Source: Candidatus Eiseniibacteriota bacterium
Lineage (GTDB): Bacteria; Eisenbacteria; RBG-16-71-46; CAZAMP01
Reading direction: 5' to 3'
Assembly (NCBI GenBank): GCA_965224245.1
Contig: CBDCYW010000004.1
Span: forward strand, 1 to 14,683
DNA length: 14,683 bases
The stretch's first letter is position 1. Each line of letters opens with the position of its first letter. A program made the position numbers and the translations under genes. Below the pieces are notes generated by a model. That model saw only the letters and a list, made by a program, of their open reading frames with translations. It did not search any database and was not told the DNA's origin. Positions 1 to 7,743 of this stretch are shown here, piece by piece.

Positions 1-2115
1 GATCAGCATTTGAAGCTCCGCGACCTTGACCGGATGGCTCTCAAACCGCTCCCACCACGGCACCAGGAGCGACTCCCATCGCTGCCGCTCGACGTTCGCA
101 CGCGTGTACAGGCGCTCGCGGTTGGCCATGAACCCGCTGACGCCCGCGACGTCGAGGATGCCGCTCATCGTTTTGGACCACCGCTCGAAGTTGCCGACGG
201 TGATGCTGCCCGCCGGCCGTCCTGCATTGATCCAGCCCCGGACGATCGTCAACGCGGCTTGGAGGAGCATGGGACGGTTGCGCACGGTCCATCCGCCAAG
301 ATCGGCGTGACGGAAGTCGTCTCGGTCGCTGGGACGCTCCATCTGCGCGTCGAGCACGATCGGCACGCATCGGCGCGCCATCTCCGAGGACATCACGGGG
401 TTGTTGCCCGTCGCGACCCACACGCTCCGCACGGGCCAGGACCCGGTCTCCGAGAGCGCCAGGATACGATCGCGCCACACACGGGCCGTGAGCGCCGAGG
501 ATAGCGCGTGGCTATCGAGGTAACGCGTGTTGTCGATGACGATGAACGGCAGGCCTTCGCGTATCGCCGCCGTGATGCGCTTGCGGATCTCCTCCTCGTT
601 CCGGGAGTCGGAAAGCGTCCCCGGAGGCTCCCCGGACATGGCCGACGCGATGACCTCCATCAGGAGCGTCGCACCGGTACCGGCGGCCGGCTTCTCGATC
701 AAGTGCAGTGGTGTGTTACCGGCGATCGCGTCGCGCACCAGCGGCAGGAGCACGAGCGCGAGACAGTTGGCTCGGCTGGCCTCGTCGACGAACGGGAACT
801 CCCCGAGCCACTCCCCAAGGAGCGTCTCGACCGCCACGCGGATCTCCCCGGGCGACGGAGTCTCCGGGACGCGGAGGCCCTCGATCTCCGCCCGCAAGAG
901 GACGTATACCTCGGTCTCGGCATTCCACCCGGACGTGACGACGATCTTGCCCGAGGCCGTCACGATCGGGCCGGTACTGACGCGCGCGAGCGATGGCAAC
1001 GGGATCGAGGTCGACGCCAGGACGGTCTTCGCGAACTCCAGCGGCGGGTCTGCGGCCTTGAGGTCACCGTTCTTTGTCGGTCGCACACACCTGACGGCTT
1101 GCGAGAGATGGAGCCGCATCGCGTGGGGCGAGATCGGCCTCGGGCGTCCCGCATCCCGGTCGACCTCGACGACGGTGTCGCCGAAACGAAACAGTCTCGG
1201 GGGTGCGTTCGCGGCGGCGATGGCAGCCCATGCCTCCTCACTCCGTAGATGAAGCTCGCCGTCGTTCAGCACGATCTCCGGGCGTACGGGGCCGGCGGTC
1301 CCGAGCGGTGCCGCAGGCGGGTAGCGCGTGATCGAGTGGGCAATCCGATCCACCTCAGACGAGTCGAGCGGGGGGCGGCAGCGTTCCGCGTTCTCCTCCC
1401 TGAGCGCGGCGGCGATCGCGGACCCGCCCATGCCGCGTCGGCGCATCGTGCCGGCCAGGCTTGTGAGCGAGTCGTTCCGTGAGCCCGCGAGAATGACGTC
1501 GTCCGCCGCTGCGATCCGTGGTTTCGGACGGCACTGGAGGGCTTGGAGCCAGGGACCCGGAAGCTCAGCGAGCGGGATCTCGCCTGGATGCGAGGACAGC
1601 TCCCATTCGTAACGCCGGCCGCTCACGTGCTCCGAGGGCGGGACGACGATGAAGCCGCCATCGCCCCTCACGTCGACGCCGGGATACCCGTCGCCGAATG
1701 CGTGCGCGCGTGATGACACGTGGCCGCCGGGGTGTTTGAACAGGAGATGCCACCCGCCGCCGCCGGTCTGCTGCTCGACGGTGTCCGGCAGCGGACCGAA
1801 CCGACGCTCCAGTTCTGCGAGCGACTCCTCACCATCGTGACCCGGGTCCACGTCGATCACCACGAGACCAGAGCGCGCTCCCGTGACGACTCCCACGCCG
1901 GCGTCAGGCGAGTGTTGCCACCAGCTCGTGATGACGGCCGGGTCGGTGGTCGCGTGTTCGACCCAGCCAGAGAGGCGCGGGTGTTTGCCGGGCGAGTCGC
2001 AGTCGTCGTCGGAGCACGTGCACCGCCCAGATCGGATGGGATGGATCGGGATCACGGGCCAGCCGAGCCCGGCGTATCGAAGCGCCCAAGACGCCGCATC
2101 GCGGTTAACGAGCAT
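1..2115 (-). CDS. Bifunctional DNA primase/polymerase (Prim-Pol, AEP superfamily) fused to PriCT-1 and a C-terminal AAA+/SF3-like helicase domain; 3'-partial, >=705 aa
   Basis: Manual translation from ATG 2115 is open to position 1. N-terminus MLVNRDAASWALRYAGLGWPVIPIH, Zn-like CTCSDDDCDSPGKHP, catalytic VIDVD (DVD 1846-1854), TGGGGWHLLF and GVDVRGDGGFIVVPPS. PriCT-1-like GSRNDSLTSLAGTMRRRG...CRPPLDSSEV. ATPase motifs EKPAAGTGAT (667-696), FIVIDN (529-546), WVATGNN (400-420) and MARR. Start overlaps the upstream HTH gene by 11 nt. Confidence 0.93.
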   Translation of the reverse strand, partial: MLVNRDAASWALRYAGLGWPVIPIHPIRSGRCTCSDDDCDSPGKHPRLSGWVEHATTDPAVITSWWQHSPDAGVGVVTGARSGLVVIDVDPGHDGEESLAELERRFGPLPDTVEQQTGGGGWHLLFKHPGGHVSSRAHAFGDGYPGVDVRGDGGFIVVPPSEHVSGRRYEWELSSHPGEIPLAELPGPWLQALQCRPKPRIAAADDVILAGSRNDSLTSLAGTMRRRGMGGSAIAAALREENAERCRPPLDSSEVDRIAHSITRYPPAAPLGTAGPVRPEIVLNDGELHLRSEEAWAAIAAANAPPRLFRFGDTVVEVDRDAGRPRPISPHAMRLHLSQAVRCVRPTKNGDLKAADPPLEFAKTVLASTSIPLPSLARVSTGPIVTASGKIVVTSGWNAETEVYVLLRAEIEGLRVPETPSPGEIRVAVETLLGEWLGEFPFVDEASRANCLALVLLPLVRDAIAGNTPLHLIEKPAAGTGATLLMEVIASAMSGEPPGTLSDSRNEEEIRKRITAAIREGLPFIVIDNTRYLDSHALSSALTARVWRDRILALSETGSWPVRSVWVATGNNPVMSSEMARRCVPIVLDAQMERPSDRDDFRHADLGGWTVRNRPMLLQAALTIVRGWINAGRPAGSITVGNFERWSKTMSGILDVAGVSGFMANRERLYTRANVERQRWESLLVPWWERFESHPVKVAELQMLI

Positions 2116-2320
2116 GTCCGCCACCGCCTTTCCGGCTTCGAGTCCGGCGGAGTCGCTTGAGCGCTGCTCGATATCGCTTCTCGAAGTCGGGTGGTGCGGT
2201 CTTGCGACCGATCTCGACCATCGAGACGAATTGCGGCGTCACACCCAGCGCGGCGGCGATCTCGTACTGGAGAACACCGGCCCGGAGGCGCTCGACCTTG
2301 AGTTCGAGTCCGAATGCCAT
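2105..2320 (-). CDS. XRE/Cro-family helix-turn-helix protein (71 aa)
   Basis: MAFGLELKVERLRAGVLQYEIAAALGVTPQFVSMVEIGRK fits the HTH_3 pattern. GGAGG RBS lies 6 nt before ATG 2320, favouring this start over the track's 2380. Confidence 0.85.
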   Translation of the reverse strand: MAFGLELKVERLRAGVLQYEIAAALGVTPQFVSMVEIGRKTAPPDFEKRYRAALKRLRRTRSRKGGGGHAR

Positions 2321-2322
2321 TG

Positions 2323-2400
2323 CAACCCTCCGACGTCTCGTCGCCACAGGACCGCGCGGATCGCGATCGCCGGGTGACAATTGATCGTCGGAGGTGATTG
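2323..2400 (-). promoter_or_regulatory. Long 5'-leader hairpin that sequesters the Shine-Dalgarno of the HTH-primase operon
   Basis: On the minus strand, CCUCCGACG pairs with CGUCGGAGG (the RBS), UUGUCAC with GUGGCGA, and GAUCGCG with CGCGGUC around an AUCCG loop. Several G-U pairs form only on the minus strand. Confidence 0.6.
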
Positions 2401-2427
2401 TGTCGGGCTAACGTGTTGTGGTTCAAA

Positions 2428-2464
2428 TGTTTAGATATTGCCGACGCGGCGGAATAGATAAACA
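2428..2464. promoter_or_regulatory. Imperfect inverted repeat, candidate operator or hairpin upstream of the HTH gene
   Basis: TGTTTA-ga-TATT-GCCG-acg-CGGC-gg-AATA-ga-TAAACA in an AT-richer intergenic stretch. GATAAAC recurs at 2457 and 2472. Confidence 0.45.
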
Positions 2465-2495
2465 CTTCGACGATAAACGCCAAGTGGCTGGGCGG

Positions 2496-3359
2496 CTAGA
2501 GGCGGACCCACATCGAGCGAAGCCACTCGATCTCCGAGGCGACGTCGCTTTCTCTAACAAGAGCGTCGAGTTTCAGTGCGTCTTCTTGCGTGCAGGGATA
2601 GACAGCGACGCCAAGCGCCGCGAGAAGGCGGTTGCCGGTCGCCGGTCTCATTAGCCGGTAACGCAGTTGTGGCATCGCCTTCGGGCCGAAGTCGTGGATG
2701 TCTTGCGGATTAGTCACGCCTGCCTTCTCAAGAAGCGTGCAGGCGATCGCGGCCGCACCTCCTTCCGGCCTCGATCGCTTGGGCACTGTTCGACACAGGT
2801 GGGAGTACACTGCCGCTCCAACTAGCTGCACGGCACACTGGCGGGTCGTACACAACGAAATGTCCCATGTCAGTGTTTCTGGCTGCGCGCCGTCTGCAAG
2901 TGCGTCGCTCATCGTCGGGATCACGGAGTATCGTGTGCCTGAGGGACGCCCTCGGCGATTGGGACTCTTCATCGGCCTGGTATTGTTCGCTTTCGCGATG
3001 ATCTTGCCACAGAGGCGATGCAGTTGGACGAGTAGGACCTCCCGGCGCAGCTTCTCGAAGGTCTCGCTCTTCAGTTCGATGCTGTGAATATCGACGATGA
3101 CCTTCTCCATTCGCTTGAGAAGCTCATTCGCGTCCGCTTGGATATCGTCGGCTACGTACAGTTCCTTGAAGAGCCGAAGCCACATAGCCAACTTGAACGC
3201 GTGCTTCGCGGACCACGTAGGTCCGATGACCTCGGCAATCCAACCCACGTCGTTGGTGGCGATTTCGGGGAGTAGTGTCTTGAGCCTGCGCGGGAGCACT
3301 CGCTCCTCCACGAACTCGAAGAGCCGCTCAAGGGCGTCTCGGTCGGACGATCTGCTCAT
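2496..3359 (-). CDS. Hypothetical protein (287 aa), no recognisable family
   Basis: Longest ORF filling the gap between the HTH gene and the methyltransferase. Protein-like, largely helical composition with an RRGRPS motif. No SD before the ATG. Confidence 0.7.
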   Translation of the reverse strand: MSRSSDRDALERLFEFVEERVLPRRLKTLLPEIATNDVGWIAEVIGPTWSAKHAFKLAMWLRLFKELYVADDIQADANELLKRMEKVIVDIHSIELKSETFEKLRREVLLVQLHRLCGKIIAKANNTRPMKSPNRRGRPSGTRYSVIPTMSDALADGAQPETLTWDISLCTTRQCAVQLVGAAVYSHLCRTVPKRSRPEGGAAAIACTLLEKAGVTNPQDIHDFGPKAMPQLRYRLMRPATGNRLLAALGVAVYPCTQEDALKLDALVRESDVASEIEWLRSMWVRL

Positions 3360-3365
3360 GTTAGG

Positions 3366-3415
3366 AAACTAAACCAACCAGGCTGTTGATCAACCAAAAG
3401 GTTGATCCCTAGCGT
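3366..3415. promoter_or_regulatory. Candidate divergent sigma70-type promoters sharing the palindrome GTTGATCAAC
   Basis: Minus strand: TTGATC(3393-3388)-16 nt-TAGTTT(3371-3366)-6 nt-ATG. Plus strand: TTGATC(3386-3391)-18 nt-TAGCGT(3410-3415). Also the dyad GATCAACC-aaaa-GGTTGATC (3388-3407). Confidence 0.45.
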
Positions 3416-3465
3416 GTCGATCGTGGGACTCGGAATGGGCCGAGACCGGGGCACGGAGGCCGCCC

Positions 3466-4551
3466 ATGGGGCGATCACAGACTATCTGGGGGGCATTGCC
3501 GGCCTACATCGGGGGCAAGAGACGGCTGTGCCCGCTCATCTTCCGCGAGCTGGACCGCGTGTTCCCACGCCGCCTGTGGGGGGGCGCCCGGTTCGTCGAC
3601 GCGTTCGCCGGCGGCGGCGCGGTGTCGCTGTTCGCCAAGGCCCAGGGGTTTCTCAACGTCCACGCGATCGACATCGCCGAGCGGTCGGTGATCGTGGGAC
3701 GTGCGGTCATCGCCAACGGTCGCGTGAGTCTCACCGAGGCCGATCTCCTTCGCATCGCGAGCACCGACGTTCGGAGCCCTGGGCCGATCGAGGCGCTCTA
3801 CGTCCCGAGCGTTTTCCCGAAGAACGTCGCCCGTTGGCTGGACCACGCGATCGCCACCGCCGAGGCGACCGCCGACGAGGCCAAGGCGAACCTGATCAAG
3901 CTCCTGGCGCTGAAACTCGCCATGGCCGCCCACCCGATGGCGCAGGTCCGTCCTGGCACGGCACACCGCGTGGCGACCGGCGAACTCGAAGCGATCACCG
4001 AGAGCTGCGTGAAGGTGTACATCGACGCGAAGCGGCTCACGAGCCCCGAGAAGCTGCGATCGTTCATGCGCGCGATCAACGGTGGCGTGATTGCCGGCGA
4101 GGGCGCGGTCACCAAGGGCAGCGCGATCGATGTGCTCCCGACGGTCCAGGCCGACGTCGTCTACCTCGACCCTCCGTATCCCGGCACGACGCCGTACGAA
4201 CGCGAGTATCGCATCCTCGACGAGATCTTCGACGGTGAGGCCAAACCCGTCAGCCGGTTCAGCGAGTCCGTCGATCTCCTCGACGCGCTCTTCGACTCGG
4301 CGGTCCATATCCCGGTCTGGCTCCTCAGCTACGGCAACGCTGAGCTATCCGGCGCCGACCTCGAGGACCGCGTCGCCGCATGCGGACGCGAGACGCGCCT
4401 CGTCGAGGTGCCCTATGCCCACAAAGCCTCCGTCGCCCGGGCCGAGACCCGTGCTCGCAACCGTGAGCTCCTCGTCGTCGCCGTCGACCCTGAGCACCGG
4501 CTCATCCAGCGCATTCGTGAGAGGAGGGCCGTCGATGCCTTCGAGTCCTAG
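3466..4551 (+). CDS. N6-adenine DNA methyltransferase, alpha class (D12 / M.NlaIII-M.FokI-like)
   Basis: YIGGKRRL (motif X), FVDAFAGGGAV (motif I, SAM binding), YLDPPY (motif IV), then LSY and NRELL. GGAGG RBS at 3455-3459. Confidence 0.92.
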   Translation: MGRSQTIWGALPAYIGGKRRLCPLIFRELDRVFPRRLWGGARFVDAFAGGGAVSLFAKAQGFLNVHAIDIAERSVIVGRAVIANGRVSLTEADLLRIASTDVRSPGPIEALYVPSVFPKNVARWLDHAIATAEATADEAKANLIKLLALKLAMAAHPMAQVRPGTAHRVATGELEAITESCVKVYIDAKRLTSPEKLRSFMRAINGGVIAGEGAVTKGSAIDVLPTVQADVVYLDPPYPGTTPYEREYRILDEIFDGEAKPVSRFSESVDLLDALFDSAVHIPVWLLSYGNAELSGADLEDRVAACGRETRLVEVPYAHKASVARAETRARNRELLVVAVDPEHRLIQRIRERRAVDAFES

Positions 4552-5215
4552 CATCGTTCCCGAGACGCGCGTCGTCCCCATCGCCGACCTCGTCCCGCAC
4601 CCGATGAACGCCAACGCGATGCCGCCCGATCTCTTCGAAAAGCTGAGAGGCCATCTGCGACGCAACGGACGGTACCCCGCCGTGATCGTGCGTCCGCATC
4701 CGGAGGAACCGACGAAGTTCGAGGTCATCGACGGGCATCACCGTGCGCGTGCCCTGGAGAGCCTGGGGCACGAGACGGTGCGCGTGGATATCTGGAACGT
4801 CGACGACACCGAGACGCGCGTGCTCCTGGCGACGTTGAACAGACTCGAAGGCGACGACATCCCCGTGCGACGCGCCGAGCTGTTGCACTCGCTCCTGGGG
4901 TCCATGTCGAGCGCCGACCTGGCCAGCCTCGTCCCCGAGAGCGAAGCGGAGATCCGAGACCTGCACGCGCTCCTCGAGTTCCCCGCCGGTGACATCGCCG
5001 CCCAGCTCGCCGACGAGGCCGCCGAGACCGAGAAGACCCTGCCGGTCGTCCTGACCTACGTGGTCCATCCCGAGCACGCCACGCTCATCGCCGACGCGGT
5101 CGAGCGCGCCTCGGACGGCATCACCGGGCGCGATCGGAAGGCGCGTGGCCTTCTGAACCTGGCCCGCCACTACCTGGAAGGAGCCCCCGATGCTGACGCG
5201 CCGACAGAAGCGTGA
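4535..5215 (+). CDS. ParB/Srx N-terminal domain protein (226 aa)
   Basis: VPIADLVPHPMNAN...G.YPAVIVRP...FEVIDGHHR...LATLNRLEG. GAGGAGG at 4521-4527 supports ATG 4535 rather than the track's 4091. Overlaps the MTase end by 17 nt. Confidence 0.88.
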   Translation: MPSSPSIVPETRVVPIADLVPHPMNANAMPPDLFEKLRGHLRRNGRYPAVIVRPHPEEPTKFEVIDGHHRARALESLGHETVRVDIWNVDDTETRVLLATLNRLEGDDIPVRRAELLHSLLGSMSSADLASLVPESEAEIRDLHALLEFPAGDIAAQLADEAAETEKTLPVVLTYVVHPEHATLIADAVERASDGITGRDRKARGLLNLARHYLEGAPDADAPTEA

Positions 5216-5741
5216 GGAGGCCCGGCGCCTGTTCCTGACCGGCGAGGCGGACTCCAACGCCGCCATCGCGCGCAAGCTACGCATGAAGGCACGCACCGTT
5301 GCCCGCTATCGCAAGGAAGAGGACTGGGATGAGCTCCGCGTGAAGGTCGATCGCCAGGCGGCTGAGAAGCTCGTCGAGTCGCTGGCGGGTGAGCGGACCA
5401 GTCTCAACCTGAGACACTTCCGTTACTGGGACGCGATCTTGGCCCAGGTCGGCGAAGCGATGAAGACCGACACGGCGCACGGCATCCGCGAGTTGGAACG
5501 GCTGACCCACATCGTCGAGCGGGTCCAGAAGGGGCAGCGCCTGGCTCGTGGCCTCAGCCTCACCGGGGAGAACGAGGAGCAGATCCGGGCCCAGGCGGCC
5601 GCCGAGTCCCGGGCCCTCGTGGACGCGTTCATCGACGCCGTGAAAGCGCACGTGCCCGACGAGGAGGCCCGCGATCAGATCCGGCTCACGGTGCTGGCGA
5701 AGCTCCCGCAGCAACCCGAAGAGGCGGACGTCGACGCATGA
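5190..5741 (+). CDS. Putative terminase small subunit (N-terminal HTH, DUF1804/Mu gp27-like)
   Basis: ARRLFLTGE...SNAAIARKLRMKARTVARYRKEEDWD HTH followed by a helical/coiled region. Lies directly before terL with an ATGA overlap. Confidence 0.7.
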   Translation: MLTRRQKREEARRLFLTGEADSNAAIARKLRMKARTVARYRKEEDWDELRVKVDRQAAEKLVESLAGERTSLNLRHFRYWDAILAQVGEAMKTDTAHGIRELERLTHIVERVQKGQRLARGLSLTGENEEQIRAQAAAESRALVDAFIDAVKAHVPDEEARDQIRLTVLAKLPQQPEEADVDA

Positions 5742-7297
5742 GTGTCCACCGCTATCTCACCGGGCGCCTCATGGAGGTCGTCTCCCCGGCGGTACGCACC
5801 CGGAGCCAGCCGCTCGCGAACTGGGCGGTGCGCGAAGTGCGCCTCGACGGCAAGCCGTTTGCCTTCGCGGGCCATGCCTACCTGCGCGCGATCTACGACG
5901 ACGTGAGCCCGCACGTTGTGCTCATCAAGGCCGCGCAGATCGGTGGGACGACCTGGGCGATCCTGCGCAGCATCCACGCGTGCCTCTCGGGGCTTCACGT
6001 GATGTACCTCTTTCCCACGCGCAGCGACGTCATCGAGTTCTCGAAGTCGCGCGTGCGCCCGCTGATCGAGGAGAACGCGTTCCTCCAGAAGGCGATGACC
6101 GACACCGATACCGCCGGGCTCAAGCGCATCGAGGGCAGCTACCTGTACCTGCGCGGCATGAGAAGCCCCATCGGCATCAAGAGCGTGCCCGCCGACATGA
6201 TCGTGTTCGACGAGCTGGACGAGGCCACGCCCGACGCGAAGACGCGAGCCAAGGAGCGGTTGAGCCATTCCAGCTACAAGCGGGTCATCGAACTCAGCAA
6301 TCCCTCGATCCCCGACTACGGCATCGACGCGGCGTACCAGGAGAGCGACCAGCGACATTGGCACCTCAAGTGCCCCGCCTGCGGGGAATGGACCGCACCG
6401 GCCCTGGCGTTCCCGCGAGGGCTGAACGACGAGGTGAGGATCATCCAGAAGGACTCCGACGGCACCGCTTTCCTGGCCTGCCCCGAGTGTGACGCGCCGC
6501 TCGACCCCGAGGCCGGCGAGTGGGTCGCGACGCATCCCGGGCGCGAGTCTCATGGGTACTTGATCAGCCAACTATTCTCGACGCTCATCGACCCCGGCGA
6601 GATCCTGCGTGAGTACGAAGCGACACGCTTCCCCGATCGGTTCTACAATTTGAAAATCGGCATCGCCTGGGTCGACCGGGCCAACCGGCTCTCGACCGAC
6701 GAGGTGCTGCGGCTCTGTGGCCCCACGGGGATGCTCGAGCGATCGTCCCCGTCGTGCACCATGGGCGTTGATACCGGCCGCGAGCTTCACGTGGTCATCG
6801 CCCGCCCTCGCGGGGACCGGCGCGAGATCGTCTACATCGGCGTGCACGCGGCCTTCGACGAGCTGGACGACCTGATCGCGCGGTTCAACGTCTATCGCTG
6901 TGTGGTCGATGGGCTGCCCGAGACGCATGCGGCGCGCGAGCTCGCGGCTCGCCAGCGGGGAACGGTGTTCTTGAACTTCTTCGCTGTGCACCAGCGTGGG
7001 CGACCGCGCTGGGACAAGGACAGCTACACCGTGGCGGAGAACCGGACCGAGGCGCTCGATGCGTCACGGCGCGCCATCCGAGACGGGGAGATCGTGCTCC
7101 CGCGCCGTTGCCGCATCGTCGACGAGTTCGCCAAGCATCTGACCGGCGACGCCAAGCAGCTCGTCGAGGATGACGAGACCGGCGCGCAGCACTATCGGTA
7201 CGTGCGGGTGGGCACAAACCACTTCTCGATGGCGCTGACCTACGAATGCATCGCGGCGGGGACGCACGACGTGATCGACTACGTGCCGCTGGCGTGA
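5738..7297 (+). CDS. terL: Phage terminase large subunit, lambda GpA family (519 aa)
   Basis: GpA-type Walker A IKAAQIGGTT, YLFPT, Walker B MIVFDELD, motif III-like LSNPS, CPACGEW...CPEC Zn-binding pair, and nuclease motifs MGVDTG and VVDG. Confidence 0.92.
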   Translation: MSVHRYLTGRLMEVVSPAVRTRSQPLANWAVREVRLDGKPFAFAGHAYLRAIYDDVSPHVVLIKAAQIGGTTWAILRSIHACLSGLHVMYLFPTRSDVIEFSKSRVRPLIEENAFLQKAMTDTDTAGLKRIEGSYLYLRGMRSPIGIKSVPADMIVFDELDEATPDAKTRAKERLSHSSYKRVIELSNPSIPDYGIDAAYQESDQRHWHLKCPACGEWTAPALAFPRGLNDEVRIIQKDSDGTAFLACPECDAPLDPEAGEWVATHPGRESHGYLISQLFSTLIDPGEILREYEATRFPDRFYNLKIGIAWVDRANRLSTDEVLRLCGPTGMLERSSPSCTMGVDTGRELHVVIARPRGDRREIVYIGVHAAFDELDDLIARFNVYRCVVDGLPETHAARELAARQRGTVFLNFFAVHQRGRPRWDKDSYTVAENRTEALDASRRAIRDGEIVLPRRCRIVDEFAKHLTGDAKQLVEDDETGAQHYRYVRVGTNHFSMALTYECIAAGTHDVIDYVPLA

Positions 7298-7649
7298 CCC
7301 CCGAACCGTGCCCTGGCGCGCGGCCCGTGGTGCCGATCTGGGACGCGGACCGCATATAGATGTGCCGAACCGCGACGCGCCGACCCCTAGCGACGCCCGA
7401 AACGGGACGCGAACGGCCCCTCGGTCCGCCGAACGGGAACGCGACAGCACGACCTAGAGATGCCGTAAGTCGCGATTGGGTGCAAACAGTGTGGCGATTG
7501 CGTCCCCTCACGGAGGGGCGAACGCGGTGTGGGTACTAGGGCGATTTTCGCGGCCAAATCGGCCCCTAACCTGCCCCTTTGCCCCGTCCAGCCCTTGTGT
7601 CGTAGTCCGACACGGAAACGATTATGTGGCTTGGAGTTACGCTGGGTGA

Positions 7650-7705
7650 AAATCGCCTGGCAGGAACCCAGTGTCGCAAATCGCCTGGCAGGAGCCCAGT
7701 GTCGC
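7650..7705 (+). repeat. Tandem direct repeat, 2 x 28 bp with 1 mismatch
   Basis: AAATCGCCTGGCAGGAACCCAGTGTCGC (7650-7677) and AAATCGCCTGGCAGGAGCCCAGTGTCGC (7678-7705). Confidence 0.95.
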
Positions 7706-7711
7706 AACTAA

Positions 7712-7743
7712 GCCACGGCGCTGTCTATCGCCACGGCGCTGTC
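7712..7743 (+). repeat. Direct repeat, 2 x 14 bp with an 18-bp period
   Basis: GCCACGGCGCTGTC at 7712-7725 and 7730-7743. Confidence 0.95.

Noticed and set aside
10-2160. Plus-strand ORFs 10-504, 508-1248, 527-1252, 1249-1482 and 1720-2160
   Set aside because: They are shadows of the uninterrupted minus-strand Prim-Pol/helicase frame.
2390-2457. Plus-strand GGAGGTGAT as the RBS of a small peptide
   Set aside because: It is followed only by a 3-codon GTG ORF or a poorly spaced 19-codon TTG ORF. It is better explained as the anti-SD arm of the minus-strand hairpin.
4091-4534. N-terminal extension of the ParB ORF to 374 aa
   Set aside because: It is low-complexity Ser/Arg sequence overlapping the MTase, and a strong RBS supports ATG 4535.
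2496-4551. orf287 plus the MTase as a Type II restriction-modification pair
   Set aside because: Only a loose D...IELK string hints at PD-(D/E)xK, in what looks like helical context. The MTase is instead coupled to ParB and the terminase genes. A structure search would be needed to exclude it fully.
4535-5215. Plasmid or chromosome partition system
   Set aside because: No parA, no recognisable parS and no obvious ParB HTH.
7650-7743. 28-bp repeats as a mini CRISPR array
   Set aside because: The copies abut with no spacer, there are only two, and no cas genes are present.
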